A stretch of 64,000 nucleotides of DNA from Octopus vulgaris (GCA_951406725.2 OX597818.1:132804001-132868000), one strand, 5' to 3'. Counted from the stretch's first letter, positions 1 to 12,838 are shown. Made by a program: numbers and translations. The notes: generated by a model not told the origin, from the letters alone.

Positions 1-28
1 TTAATAATAATAATGTTAATAATAATAA

Positions 29-890
<862 letters not shown>

Positions 891-1997
891 ATGTCTTCAG
901 TCTGGCACTGAGAAGTTTCATTACAAATAGTTTGTTGTGTTATACTGCTACATAAAAATCTCATACATTTTCAAACAATTTAACAATACTAAAATATGTT
1001 AACAAACTTAATTAATTTGCTCAAATTTCATCTGAAATAAACATTTCATATCCAAAAATAAAATAAAATAAAAAAACACGTGCAAAATTATCAATCACGA
1101 AAAAGAAACGAATTAAAAAAAAGCAAATACCTTAAAAAAAGTTTATATCAGAAAAAAATTTAGTTTTAAATTGTTGACTCCAGTTTAAATATGCTTTCGC
1201 ATTTATCTAAATTTTTCTTTTCTATACAACGAATAAAAACAAAAAAACAAAAAATTAAAATAGTGAAAAGAAAAATGAGTAATAAATACATTTGTTATCA
1301 TCTTCTCACCCCCTTTCAAACCCTACCCTACCCCTGAAGCTCACTATAACAAGAAAGATTATGTTTATTACTGTTGTTGAATTAATGTTTTTTTAAATAT
1401 TTCTATTGATGGTGGTCTCGACCTCATATTTTTGATTACACTCCATAAAATTTGTCAATCTATAAAACTAGGTAACAGCAGCACCATTTCTCTCTGTCGC
1501 CTAATCTTTCTGTATTTCTATGCCCCTTTTTTTTTCTTGTCTGTTTTTCTAATCTTTTAAATTTTATTTTTTTTTTTATGCTGGTTATTTAATTTTTTTA
1601 ATTTTTTTGCCGTTTACCACTACCCCTTCGTTTTTCTCTTTTTTTCTAAATACACTCTTTGATTTATTTATGAATAAAATTCCTCATGACTTTTGTCTGA
1701 CCTTCTCTTCTTCCACCATTATTATTATTCTTATTATGTTGTTTTTTTATCCAGATTTGTTTCTGCGCATGTTTTATGAAGTGTAAAGTTGCAGTACAGT
1801 TTCAGCATTCAGGCAAAAAAAGAAAAAGAAAAAACAAAAAAAAACAAAAGTTCATAGAACTTCAGCCAAGTGTCTTTAGACCCACCAAATACATTTTCTT
1901 CATTTCTCTCTATCATCATCTTGCTTTCTTTTTCACTTTCCCTCTTAACTCTCCCTTACTCTTTCTTCCACTTCCTTTGTATCTATCTATCTCTATC

Positions 1998-2041
<44 letters not shown>

Positions 2042-2687
2042 AATCTCTGACAGTCTCTCTGAAAGACAACTTAATTCTCAACTCAACACCCACTAAATGC
2101 AACCTAGTAACCCAGTATACTCCCCATTTTCCTCCTCTTCCTCCTCCTCCTCCTAACTTCTTTCTCTCCTCCTCCTTCTCCTTCACCTCTTTTTACCTCC
2201 TCCTCCTTCTCCTCTATCATCCTCATACCTCTCCTCTTGATACCCTCTTCTCCTCCTCCCCCAAAGTCCACCTCTTCAATTTTTATGTCTCAGTTTCATT
2301 AATTCTATCTTAGCTTCTCTTAAAAAAAAAAAAGCAAAAGGAAAACGAAACACCAATCCCTCCACCACCACCACCACCACCACCACCACCTCCCGTGACA
2401 AAAAAACAACACAGAACATATAAAAAAATTAACAATAAACAAAAAACAACCCCTTCCCCTACCCCGTTCGTCCACCACCCTATCCTACCCCCTATTACCT
2501 CACCTATCTCAATTTACCACACAACCACCCCAACACCCTTCCACTGCTTAGTTGATGGGGTTTCTTTTTGTTTGTCTTTTTTTCTCCCAATGTTTCTTCT
2601 CACTAAATAAATCTCTTTGCAAGGACCACCTTATTGCTTTCACAGTTCATTGGAACAACACCAGTCACTTCATGCTAACCGAATGTC

Positions 2688-2749
2688 CAAGCATGATCAA
2701 GCATGACCAAGCATGACCATGTACGACCATGCACGACCATGCATGACCA
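2688..2749. repeat. 10-bp tandem minisatellite (CAAGCATGAC-like, about 6 units)
   Basis: caagcatgat caagcatgac caagcatgac catgtacgac catgcacgac catgcatgac. Confidence 0.85.
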
Positions 2750-3209
2750 ATCTTTCAGCTATTCATAACAAAGGGCTTTAAGCCCAAACAATACACCCAC
2801 TCTGTTGTTGTTTCTTACTTTTTGGGGTTGTTTTTTGTCTTTTTTTCTTTCTTTTTGTTCAACCAAAGTCTTCTCATAACATCTCACTGTCTGTTTCTTT
2901 CCTTCTTTCCATATTTTTTCATATTCCTATGATATCTCTCTAAACTTGTGAATTGGCAGAATTAGTCGAGTGTTAAAGAGAATACTTTGCACTGTTCATT
3001 TCTACTCTCCAAGTTCAAATCCAGCCACAGTCAAATTTAACAGTTGGATGTTGGTAAATGAAACATGAGACCAACTCTGGGTTTGATTCTTCTTTCGTTT
3101 TCCTTCGCTTTCTTTCAATTTTTCTTTCATTCTCTGCCTTTCTCTTTACATCTCTCTTCCACTCACCTTCCTCTCTCAAGCCTTTCTTTAGCTTCATTTT
3201 CTTTCTATT

Positions 3210-3428
3210 TGTGCCACATAAAAAGCACTGGCAAAGGTGCCACATAAAAAGCACCCAGTACTCTCTGTAAAATGGTTAGCATTCGGAAGAGTATCCAGCC
3301 ATAGAAACCAAATCAAAACAGACGACTGGAGTCTGGTACAGCCCTCCGGTTTGCCAGCTCCTGTTAAGTCACCCAACCCATGCCAGCATGAGAAATGGAC
3401 GTTAAATAACGTTGTCGATGATGATGAT
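3210..3428 (+). mobile_element. 5'-truncated RTE LINE 3' UTR (family D) with (GAT)n tail
   Basis: Contains ggttagcattcggaagagtatccagcc...ccaacccatgccagcatg...gatgatgat. The same UTR is attached to RTE coding sequence at 21470-21915. Confidence 0.75.
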
Positions 3429-3599
3429 GTCTCTTTTATTTTTATTTTCCCCATTTTCCTCTCTTCCTAGTCCGACAGAATTTTCATTTTGTAAGATGGT
3501 GAAGTATGATTTGAGAGAAATTTAGCTGCTACTTCTTGAAGATCAGCCAAGGCTTGAGTATGATGGGATTACATTACATGACATAACTATTTCATTTTA

Positions 3600-3902
3600 T
3601 CATCATCATCATCATCATCGTTTAGCGTCCGTTTTCCATGCTAGCATGGGTTGGACGGTTCTACTGGGGTCTGTGAAGCCAGAAGGCTTCATCAGGCCCA
3701 GTCAAATCTGGCAGTGTTTCTACGGCTGGATGCCCTTCCTAACGCCAACCACTCCGTGAGTGTAGTAGGTTCTTTTTACGTGCCACCTGCACAGGTGCCA
3801 GACAGAGCTGGCAAACGGTCACGAACGGATGGTGCTTTTTATATGCCACCGGCACGGGGGCCAGGCGAGGCTGGCAACGGACACGAACGGATGGTGCTTT
3901 TC
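3600..3902 (-). mobile_element. 5'-truncated RTE LINE 3' UTR (family D)
   Basis: (CAT)n at the left end, followed by the reverse complement of ggttggcgttaggaagggcatccagccgtagaaac. Close to the copy at 46695-46940. Confidence 0.8.
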
Positions 3903-4484
3903 TTTCTATATTTATTTCTCTGAGTATGGTCTTTTACATCTCTCTTCCATTCACTCTCCTCTCTCAAGCATTTATTTAGCTTCATTTCCCTTTTCTCTGT
4001 CCCTTACTTTCATTTTCTCCATTTTCCTTCTCTTCCTAGTTGAAAAGAATTTTCATTCCGTAAAAAGGTAAAGTATAATTTGAGAGAAATTTAGCTGCTA
4101 CTTCTTGAAAGATAAATTGAGGTTTCATTATTGACTCATAGCCCTGAGTTGTATGTGTGGTGTGGTGTGTGGTTTTGTCTGTTTATATGTGTATGTGTGA
4201 GTGAACTTTGTATCGCTCAATGTTGTAGGAAGAATTCAGTTGCAGGAGTGGCAGTCTTTTGTGTAGTTGTGGGTCTATTCACATGTGCGTAGAGGAATGG
4301 TCACTAGAAAGGTGTTTGACTGGCAGTTTGAAGTATGTGTGCGTATGTATGTGTGAGCGTGTATGTATATGTTGTGTGTTTTGTGTATATTCCACATACA
4401 AGATTAGAAAGGGCCAATTTTTGTAACAAGACATCAAAGGTAAGAGGAAAGACCACAATACGAAGCTTTTGAATAAATTCAAGC

Positions 4485-4713
4485 ATACCTATTTCTTTAC
4501 TACCCATCAGGGGCTAAACACAGAGGGAACAAACAAGGACAAAGGGATTAAGTCGATCACATCGACCCCAGTGCGTAACTGGTACTTAATTTATCGACCT
4601 CGAAAGGATGAAAGGCAAAGTTGATCTCGGCGGAATTTGAACTCACAACGTAACGGCAGACGAAATACCGCTAAGCATTTCGTCCGGCATGCTAACGATT
4701 CTGCCAGCTCACC
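4485..4713 (-). mobile_element. SINE family B (tail type 1)
   Basis: Full head, central block and tail ...tttagccc...gtaaagaaataggt. Confidence 0.88.
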
Positions 4714-4807
4714 CTTCAACCGAATATGCTTTGGCTTTTCTCAGACGAGAGCGATTACTGCCTGCATGGCCGCAGTCAAATGACTGAAACAAGTAAAAAA
4801 AAAAAAA

Positions 4808-5010
4808 GGCACCAACTGTCTTCGGAGATTCATATTGTCGTTCATTGCTCGAAATGAGGAGTAGATAGACAGCTGACAACTGATGAAGGGTCGTTCTTTA
4901 TGTTACTTGTCCTGTTTTCCATTTGTTTCTCTAGTTTGCGTATTGAACTCATTTGTTTTTGTATTTCATGTTGTTTACTGTTGGTGACGTCCTGTACTCA
5001 TATATGCACG
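4808..5010 (+). mobile_element. PLE-terminal-repeat-like family P, copy 1
   Basis: tcgaaatgaggagtagatagacagctgacaactgatgaagggtcgttc... recurs at about 9005-9203 and 11085-11330, each time abutting (TA)n. The PLE assignment is inferred from degenerate HHR-like motifs and context. Confidence 0.5.
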
Positions 5011-5640
5011 TGTGTGTGTATGTGCGTGTATATATATATATATATGCAAATTTTTTGTCGACAATGCACCTACATTTGAAAAACTTGTAATTGTTTTCAA
5101 ATGAATTTAATTACATATATGCCAAACTAGTTTCAACAATATTTTTTGTATACCAATGGTAAAAATTTAGAATTATGAATTAGAGAAACATGTTTAATAG
5201 TTTCAATGTTGACAAGTTTAAATATTCATAACAGTCAATAATTTAAAAACTGTGGATCCACATATTTAAATGCACAAATTTCAATAATGTTTAATAATGA
5301 TCGACAAGAAATGAATATCATCAAAGCTTCAGTCATACTGAATTAAGAGGAAGACACACAAGGGAGAAATGAAGATATTAAAAAGGGGGTTTCGTTTATA
5401 GTTTCTGTGATTCTCATTCCGTCGTGTGCAGGAACTTTCGCTTGTAACGGCATTTATTGGAATCCGGTGTATATATAATATTTTCCGCAAACATATCTGA
5501 TTTTTGATTCGTTAAAGTACTGGTGATGTCTTGTATTTCTAGTGGTTAAGTTTGTCGTTCTATCTGGTTGGCTTTTCTGTGGGGAACGGTCATCAGCCGT
5601 TCCAGTGGGATGATTCTCTTAAAGGATCATTCTCTTAAAG

Positions 5641-5804
5641 GCGCAGGAGTGGCTGTGTGATAATTAGCTTGCTAACCAACCACATGGTTCCGGGTTCAGT
5701 CCCACTGCGTGGCATCTTGGGCAAGTGTCTTCTGCTATAGCCTCGGGCCGACCAATGCCTTGTGAGTGGATTTGGTAGACGGAAACTGAAAGAAGCCTAT
5801 CGTA

Positions 5805-5882
<78 letters not shown>

Positions 5883-6200
5883 GTAAAAAATAAATACAAA
5901 CATGGACAAGAACAGAAACACCAAGGAGACGACACAAGAACCACAGGACGGGACATTCGAAGCCCTCAGTCATCAGTCAAGAACCAGATCATCTTCGCAA
6001 TTTCGGCTGATTAATTTTGAGATTGCTCCGATCTGGGCAGCCCCAAGGGAAATCTAAGCCAAGCGCATTAGATCCCTTGGAAGAAAGCTTCGAATGTATA
6101 CAACACAAGGACGGAAAACGAACGATGTACAAAAGGCGGTGCTCCAACATGGCCGCAGTCAAATGACTGAAACAAGTAAAAGAGTAAAGAGTAAAAGAGA
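5641..6200 (+). mobile_element. CORE-like tRNA SINE family A, interrupted in its internal (TA)n by repeat family Q (about 5876-6130)
   Basis: A-box-like tggctgtgtg, B-box ggttcagtccc, CORE-like gcatcttgggcaagtgtctt, and tail ggcggtgctcca.catggccgcagtcaaatgactgaaacaagtaaaagag. Insert Q recurs at about 31078-31195. Confidence 0.85.
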
Positions 6201-6469
6201 GTTGTATTTGCTGAAGTTCGGTTTTGATCGGAGGTAAAATTTCATTGGTCTAGAGTTAGGTAACGTCAGCAACTTGTGTTTGTATGGCGTTATAGTATGG
6301 TGATTTGGAGTTGCGGTTTCAAAACCCGGGTGGAAGACTGTTACTAAAGTTTCTATAATTGTCTGTCGTATCTGGTTGTTTTTTCGTGTTTTATTTTTTT
6401 GTTTTGTGTGTGGAGAAATTGAGTCTTTTTTTCTTTTTTCTCTTTAATGTTTTTTCTTCTTTCTAAAGG

Positions 6470-7100
6470 ATATTCAGCTGTGGTTTATATTTTTAATGAG
6501 AAAGCTTTGCTTATTCGAACGGAGTTGTGTTGAAGAGTTTCCGGTGCATTCATAGAGAGGGAAGATTTGGTATTTCGGGTTTATGTTTGTGGGGCATTGG
6601 TCTAGGTGTTTGCTTGCGGGAATTTTCCTGGTCCTAGGTTCACAGATCTGTTGCCTGTGTACCGTTAGTCAAGGTTAAACTAATTTGACCTATATAGTCT
6701 TCACCACACCCTCCACATTTGAGAACATAGATTAACTTTTTCGAAGCACAGGTGAAGTGCTTTTTTTATGGTAAAAGCTTCACTTGGCGTAAATTTGTAC
6801 GTTGAGCCCTCTAAGAGAAAGTATGCAAGTCTCGCAGTTAGGGAGATTGCACTTTTTGACGAATGGGGTTGTATTTTTGGTGGGTAATTTGACACTGGTG
6901 AGCAACATTTTAGGGATTGCGGTTATCTCTTGCTTTTAATAATCATATGTGTTTCCAGTGCCTTTTTCATTCGCAGGTCCTTGATAAGGTGGGGTATGTT
7001 TTGGTGGATGATGTATACTTCCATGCTCCTCGGATTGTGTGTTCATACGTAAGATAAAGTTTGAAGTGTGTCATGGTGTTTTCTTGTTTTCCGTAACTAT
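6470..7100 (-). pseudogene. Degenerate Penelope-like element ORF C-terminus (Cys linker plus GIY-YIG endonuclease)
   Basis: The frameshifted minus translation gives KKCNLPNCETC, then CGGCGEDYIGQ (YIG motif), SKHLDQC, YQIFPLY and KYKPQLN. Confidence 0.75.
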
Positions 7101-7259
7101 TGGACGTGTATCAAAAAATTTGCTTCACCACATACCGAAATTTAGAAATAGCACTTAAAACTAGCTATTTCTCTACCATAAGTAAATCTCCCAGGCAACA
7201 ATACTCAACAACCCACGTAGACAAAGAGAAAAGATAACGAATCCACCCGGCTTTGATTA

Positions 7260-7344
7260 ACTGTAGACGCGTTTCGGAGTTAGATAGATGTGAAAACTGT
7301 AAAAACCACATTTCCACTCTATCATTCTCACTCTTCAGTACAGT
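7260..7344 (-). ncRNA. Type I hammerhead ribozyme, family 1
   Basis: Minus strand: ACTGTA-CTGAAGA-[long stem II]-GAAA-CGCG-TC-TACAGT. Stem I is a perfect 6 bp. Confidence 0.85.
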
Positions 7345-7833
7345 ATTTCAAGATTTTAAATTTGAGAGCGCTGTAAAAATTAAACATATCTTATCTGATC
7401 AAGCGTCATCAGACAACATATATCTAACAACCAGTACTTCCGAATTCAAACAGACGAATGAGATCTTGTATTCTCCCTCACCTACCCACGTGTGCTACTG
7501 AGTAAAATTCTACTGAAAAAAACTGTAGTTTACTATCAGGGAGATAATTATATTATTATTAATAATAAAGGGTAAAATTAATTAATTAATTAATTAATTA
7601 ATTAATTAATAATTAATAATTTTACCAAGTAGCTCGGTATGTTAAAAGAACCATTATCGATAAACTTAATTTTTTTTTATAATTATGAGTATAGTAATAA
7701 TTAGGGTTCAGCAAAAAAAATTGCTTCACCACATACCGAAATTTAGAAATAGCAGTTAAAACTAGCTGTTTCTCTACCATAAGAAAATCTCCCAGACAAT
7801 AATACTCAACAATCCGCGCAGGCAAAGGGAAAA

Positions 7834-7914
7834 ACTGTAGACGCGTTTCGGAGTTAGATGTGAAAAATCTAAAAACCACATTTTCACTCAATCATTCTCA
7901 CTCTTCAGTATAGT
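7834..7914 (-). ncRNA. Type I hammerhead ribozyme, family 1 (one stem I mismatch)
   Basis: Minus strand: ACTATA-CTGAAGA...GAAA-CGCG-TC-TACAGT. Confidence 0.75.
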
Positions 7915-7942
7915 ATTTCAAGATTTTAAATCAGATAAGGTA

Positions 7943-8349
7943 TACTCTTTTACTCTTTTACTTGTTTCAGTCATTTGACTGCGGCCATGCTGGAGCACCG
8001 CCTTTTAATCGAGCAACTCGACCCCGGGACTTACTCTTTTGTAAGCCCAGTACTTATTCTATCGGTCTCTTTTGCCGAACCGCTATGTAACGGGGACATA
8101 AACACACCAGCATCGGTTGTCAAGCAATGGTAGGGGGACAAACACAGACACACAAACGCACACACGCATATATATATACATATATACGACGGGCTTCTTT
8201 CAGTTTCCGTCTACCAAATCCACTCACAAGGCATTGGTCGGCCCGGGGCTATAGCAGAAGACACTTGCCCAAGATGCCACGCAGTGAGACTGAACCCGGA
8301 ACCATGTGGTTGGTTAGCAAGCTACTTACCACACAGCCACTCCTGCGCC
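7943..8349 (-). mobile_element. SINE family A, full length
   Basis: Head ...ccactcctgcgcc at the right end and (TACTCTTT)n tail at the left. Confidence 0.92.
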
Positions 8350-8393
8350 TATGTTTAATTTTTACAGCGCTCTCAAATTTAAAATCTTGAAAT

Positions 8394-8478
8394 ACTGTAC
8401 TGAAGAGTGAGATTGATAGAATGGAAATGTGGTTTTTACATTTTTCACATCTATCTAACTCCGAAACGCGTCTACAGT
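8394..8478 (+). ncRNA. Type I hammerhead ribozyme, family 1
   Basis: ACTGTA (8394-99), CTGAAGA (8400-06), extended stem II (GATAGA/TCTATC; GAAATGTG/TACATTTT), GAAA (8463-66), CGCG, TC, TACAGT. Predicted cleavage is after C8472. Confidence 0.88.
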
Positions 8479-8783
8479 TAATCAAAGCCGGGTGGATTCG
8501 TAATTTTTTCTCTTTGCCTGCGTGGGTTGTGGAGTATTTACTCGGAGATTTACTTATGGTAGAGAAATTGCAAGTTTTAACTGCTATTTCTAGATTTCGG
8601 TATGTGGTGAAGCAAATTTTTTGCTGAACCCTAATTATAATTATACTCATAATTATAAAAAGTTTTGTTTAAGTTTACTGATAATGGTTCTTTTAACATA
8701 CCAAACTACTTGGTAAAATTATTAATTATTAATTGATTAATTAATTTTACCTTTTATTATTATTGACACACACACACACACAC

Positions 8784-8851
<68 letters not shown>

Positions 8852-9004
8852 ATATATATACATATCTATACACACATATATATATACGTAAATTTATATA
8901 CATATATATATACATGCCTATATATGTATATATAAATATACATACACACACATACACACACACATACACATATATATATGCACACGCACACATACATATA
9001 TTTA

Positions 9005-9203
9005 TGGGAGCAAGAGTCTTCGAAGACACATGTTATCGTTCAATACTCGAAACGAGAAGTAGACAGACAGTCGACAACTGATGAAAGGTCGTTTTCGTGT
9101 TACTTGTCCTGTTTTCCATTTGTTTCTCTCGTTGTTTCGTATTGAACTCATTTGTTTTCGTATTTCATGTTGTTTACTGTTGGTGACGTCCAGTACCTAT
9201 ATA
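9005..9203 (+). mobile_element. Repeat family P, copy 2
   Basis: Aligns to 4808-5010. Confidence 0.55.
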
Positions 9204-9256
9204 TCCTTAAATCCTTAAAAATGCTTTAGCCCGAAGGCCGCGGCCATGCTGGGGCA

Positions 9257-9260
<4 letters not shown>
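9204..9260 (-). mobile_element. Extreme 3' end of a LINE (CR1/L2-like) with (TTTAAGGA)n tail
   Basis: Minus strand: atggtgccccagcatggccgcggccttcgggctaaagcattttaaggatttaagga. It shares ggtgcYccagcatggccgc with the SINE A tail. Confidence 0.55.
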
Positions 9261-9327
<67 letters not shown>

Positions 9328-9335
9328 TTTATATT

Positions 9336-9376
<41 letters not shown>

Positions 9377-9441
9377 ATATGCATATATATATACATATTA
9401 ATATATAAATATATTATGTATATATATATATATCTACATAT

Positions 9442-9482
<41 letters not shown>

Positions 9483-9487
<5 letters not shown>

Positions 9488-10760
9488 ATATTTCGGAATG
9501 GTCATATTGCCAGTTTAGCCAATAAAAACACACGCACTATATATTTGGTGTTATTTTGCTTCAGTGATATTTATTTTTTACATTAATCTTAATCTTATTT
9601 CGGCCAAAGTTCTTTCGTCACACTCCTGTGACCGCATCAGTGGTCCTTTGTTTTCTTCTCACTTACTTGTGTCTCTCCTTACTAACCGTCAGCCATTTTG
9701 TATTTCTATTGTATGTCTTCATTTGCGCATGCTTATATCTCTATGTGCGTCTATGTTTATTTAGTGTGTGGGGGGGGATGCCTGTAATATTTGTATCTTC
9801 TGGTTATATACATTCTTGTAATTTGTATTTTGTTTTTGTTGTTGTTGCTTTTGTTCTAATTTTATTCATGTGTTTACATCCACCCATTATTATCATTACA
9901 TATGCTTGTATGTATGTATAACAACAATATTAGTAATAATAATAATAAATCTAATCGAGAAAAAAAAAAAAAAAAAAAAAAAAAAAATAATATACATATA
10001 CATATATATATATATACATACATATACATATACATATATATATATATATATATACATATATACACACATATATACACATATACATATACATATATATACA
10101 CATATACATATATATAGATATTCATTTCTATTTCTTTAATTACCTGTGTATTTATTATGTTTGCAGGATCCACTATTGTCATATGTTGTGGTGTGCGCTA
10201 TTGCTCCATTCTAGTTTTCTATTCAGGCTAGGTTTATTTTCTATTATATGTGTAGCTTCTGTAATTTGTCTAATTGTTGCATCTGTTCTATGTGTGGACA
10301 ATATCTTAATCTCTATGTTATTGATTGATCCCCCGTGTTCTTGTTCGGCGTGTTGGTACAGAATCGATGAGCTTTTACCTTCCTTGAGTTGTCTCCAATG
10401 TTCATTCACCCGCTCACCAATGCTTCTTGCAGTTTCCCCTACGTATGTTACTGTCTTGTTACTGCATCGTCCCTCTATACATCTTATACTATAGACCACA
10501 TTTCTGGCTTTACAGTTCGTTTGTGGGCTAAATCTACATACAGTGCAATAGTTATCCGTACAGAGAGTTCTACTAAAAGGATAGGTTCTACCAATTATAG
10601 ATCTGATAGGGTTGCCTGGCTTTTCAACAACCTTAATTCTTAGTTTAAGTTTATCTAGGGTCCTTCTAAAGCGGTACGCTAGTTCACCTCCAGGGGTGGT
10701 GTCAACGAACATGACACTCTGGTATTTATGGCTATCATACCAAGAGTTGGCCTTCCTTAT
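9483..10760 (-). mobile_element. 5'-truncated Penelope-like retroelement with 3' terminal region
   Basis: GIY-YIG ORF followed by about 700 bp of 3' sequence. Both ends abut (TA)n. Confidence 0.8.
10179..10712 (-). CDS. PLE polyprotein C-terminal fragment: Cys-rich linker plus GIY-YIG endonuclease (truncated, transposon-derived)
   Basis: NVVYSIRC...C...YVGETARSIGERVNEH...ILYQHAEQEH...RQITEATHI...PSLNRK carries the GIY/YIG, R, E and N motifs and a CCHH arrangement. The frame is open but has no RT domain and no real start. Confidence 0.88.
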   Translation of the reverse strand: MFVDTTPGGELAYRFRRTLDKLKLRIKVVEKPGNPIRSIIGRTYPFSRTLCTDNYCTVCRFSPQTNCKARNVVYSIRCIEGRCSNKTVTYVGETARSIGERVNEHWRQLKEGKSSSILYQHAEQEHGGSINNIEIKILSTHRTDATIRQITEATHIIENKPSLNRKLEWSNSAHHNI

Positions 10761-10811
10761 TTATATATATATATGCAAATATTTAAACGTATATATATAT
10801 ATATATATATA

Positions 10812-10869
10812 TTAGATGACTGCTCTCACGGAGCGCATCGCTATGCGCTCCGTGAGAGCAGTCATCTAA
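10812..10869. repeat. Perfect 27-bp inverted repeat with 4-nt loop
   Basis: ttagatgactgctctcacggagcgcat-cgct-atgcgctccgtgagagcagtcatctaa. Confidence 0.97.
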
Positions 10870-10897
10870 AGGTTTTTGTGAATCTTGATGTTGACAT

Positions 10898-11004
10898 AAA
10901 TTCCTTGTTTTTCCTGATGAGAAAGCGGCATAATGTACGCCTTATTCCTTCACAATTAGGAATATGCAGCCTTCGAAACATATGTCGAAAATAAAGGAAA
11001 TTTG
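10898..11004 (+). ncRNA. Type I hammerhead ribozyme, family 2
   Basis: Stem I ttccttgtttttc/gaaaataaaggaa, CTGATGA (10914-20), stem II GAAAGCGGCATA/TATGCAGCCTTC, GAAA (10975-78), palindromic CATATG, TC. GUC cleavage is predicted after 10986. Confidence 0.88.
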
Positions 11005-11084
11005 TTAATTTGTCGTTCAACTCCATTCTTTCATTTATTCATAAATTTTATAAATATATATATATATATATATACTAAGTTTAA

Positions 11085-11330
11085 CCCTCTGCAAATCCCA
11101 AATTTTATTTGGCTTGCGGGAGCAACTGTTTTCTCGAAAACACATCTTGTCGTAATTACTCGAAATGAGGAGTAGATAAACAGCCGATAACAGATGAAGG
11201 GTCGTTCTTTATGTTATTTGTCTTGTTTTCCATTCGTTCCTTCCGTTGTTCACAAAAGAAGTTCGTATTCCCTGTTTTTGTATTTCGTATTTCATGTTGT
11301 TTACATTTTATGACGTCCTGCACCCATATA
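11085..11330 (+). mobile_element. Repeat family P, copy 3
   Basis: Aligns to 4808-5010 and 9005-9203. Confidence 0.5.
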
Positions 11331-11365
11331 TGCATATATATGTATGAACATATATTATGTATATA

Positions 11366-11422
<57 letters not shown>

Positions 11423-11629
11423 CATGTATATTATATATATACATATATATATATGTATATATATTTATATATATATTTATAAGTATATATGTTTATATAT
11501 ATATATATTTATACATATATATATTTATATATACATATACATATATACATATATACATATACATACATATATACTTACATATTTATGTATATATATATAT
11601 ATACATATGTGTCTATATATATGTACTAC

Positions 11630-11666
<37 letters not shown>

Positions 11667-12448
11667 ATGTACTAGATCGAATGTGCTATAAAGATGACGA
11701 ATATTTGATGTTTGGTGAAAGAAGAGAGTTTAAAGATTCAAAATAATTCCTTGTCAGAAAGGAGAAACAGAAAAGTCCAAAGAAGGAAGAGAAAAGAAAT
11801 CACCAACAGATCACATTTAATTACATGCTATATACACTGTCCAGCCATAGTTGGAGTACACATTTGTTTTGCAGAATCAAATCCTGTGTGGAACAAAATT
11901 ACTGCTCAATGTGGTCATTCAATGTACTAGAAATAGCAGCCAAATTTTTCTCAAATCATTCCTTAATCTTACATTGAATAATTAAGTTTTAGATACTCAG
12001 TGTCTGAACTGAAGATGGAACTGTTATATCTGCAATGCCATTTATTAACAAGATATAAGAAAGAGAATATAAAAACAGACTGAACAGTGGAGAAATAAAG
12101 GTCCAGATTGCCACAGAGTATGATAAACTATTGTGTTGATATATATTGTGGCTCTCAACAAACTGAAGTATGGTATGACACTACTACTACTACTACTACA
12201 AAAAAAATACTTCTACTACTATTCCCTGCTCTAAAAATTATCAATATTTTGATTTCTTACATTGGTACAAGGCTCCAAATTTATACCAGATGGATATAAT
12301 CAACTGATTCAGCCCAAATATATAATGGGTAGTCTATTAATTTTGTGTGTGTATGTTGGGTGTTATTTTATGACTCCCCATTCCTCAGAGGAATAAAGAA
12401 TGATTGAAAAAATTAATTTGGGTCAAAATCTACAAAATTACTGGATAA

Positions 12449-12505
12449 TTCCAGATCCCGGATTTCTGACTTTGCATTAAGAAATGCTTTGCCTCATCAG
12501 TGGAA
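12449..12505 (-). ncRNA. Type I hammerhead ribozyme, family 3
   Basis: Minus strand: TTCCA-CTGATGA-GGCaaaGCATTtcttAATGCaaaGTC-A-GAAA-TCCGGGA-TC-TGGAA. Confidence 0.8.
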
Positions 12506-12526
12506 TATACACAGAGAGAAACATAA

Positions 12527-12590
<64 letters not shown>

Positions 12591-12838
12591 ACATACATAC
12601 ATACATACATACATACATACATACAACATACGAATATTTACATATACGAACTCATACATACGTATATATGCACGTATGCAACATGACCAGTTTAAAATGC
12701 TCGCTTCTTAATTCCATGTGCGACATGGTTAAAACATCACCGCAGTAAATACAATGACAAAAAGCGGGCATTATAAACTGCTCATGTTGCATACGTGCAT
12801 GTATGTATAAGTTCGTATATGTAAATATTTGTATGTTG

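Larger units (their letters stand above)
7110..8763. mobile_element. Three copies of a HHR-bearing PLE terminal repeat (two tandem on -, one inverted on +)
   Basis: Copies at about 7110-7400 (-), 7555-7929 (-) and 7930-8763 (+, split by a SINE) align with each other. Each contains a hammerhead. Confidence 0.8.

Noticed and set aside
5945-5990. CTGATGA...GAAT-GTC on the minus strand in repeat family Q
   Set aside because: Stems I and II do not pair convincingly.
9590-9645. HHR-like motif in the PLE 3' region (CTGATGC-GGTC...GGCC-GAAA on the minus strand)
   Set aside because: A9 is replaced by C and I could not form stem I.
10090-10182. SECIS element downstream of the GIY-YIG ORF (some PLEs encode selenocysteine)
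   Set aside because: There is no in-frame UGA in the surviving fragment and no convincing kink-turn stem.
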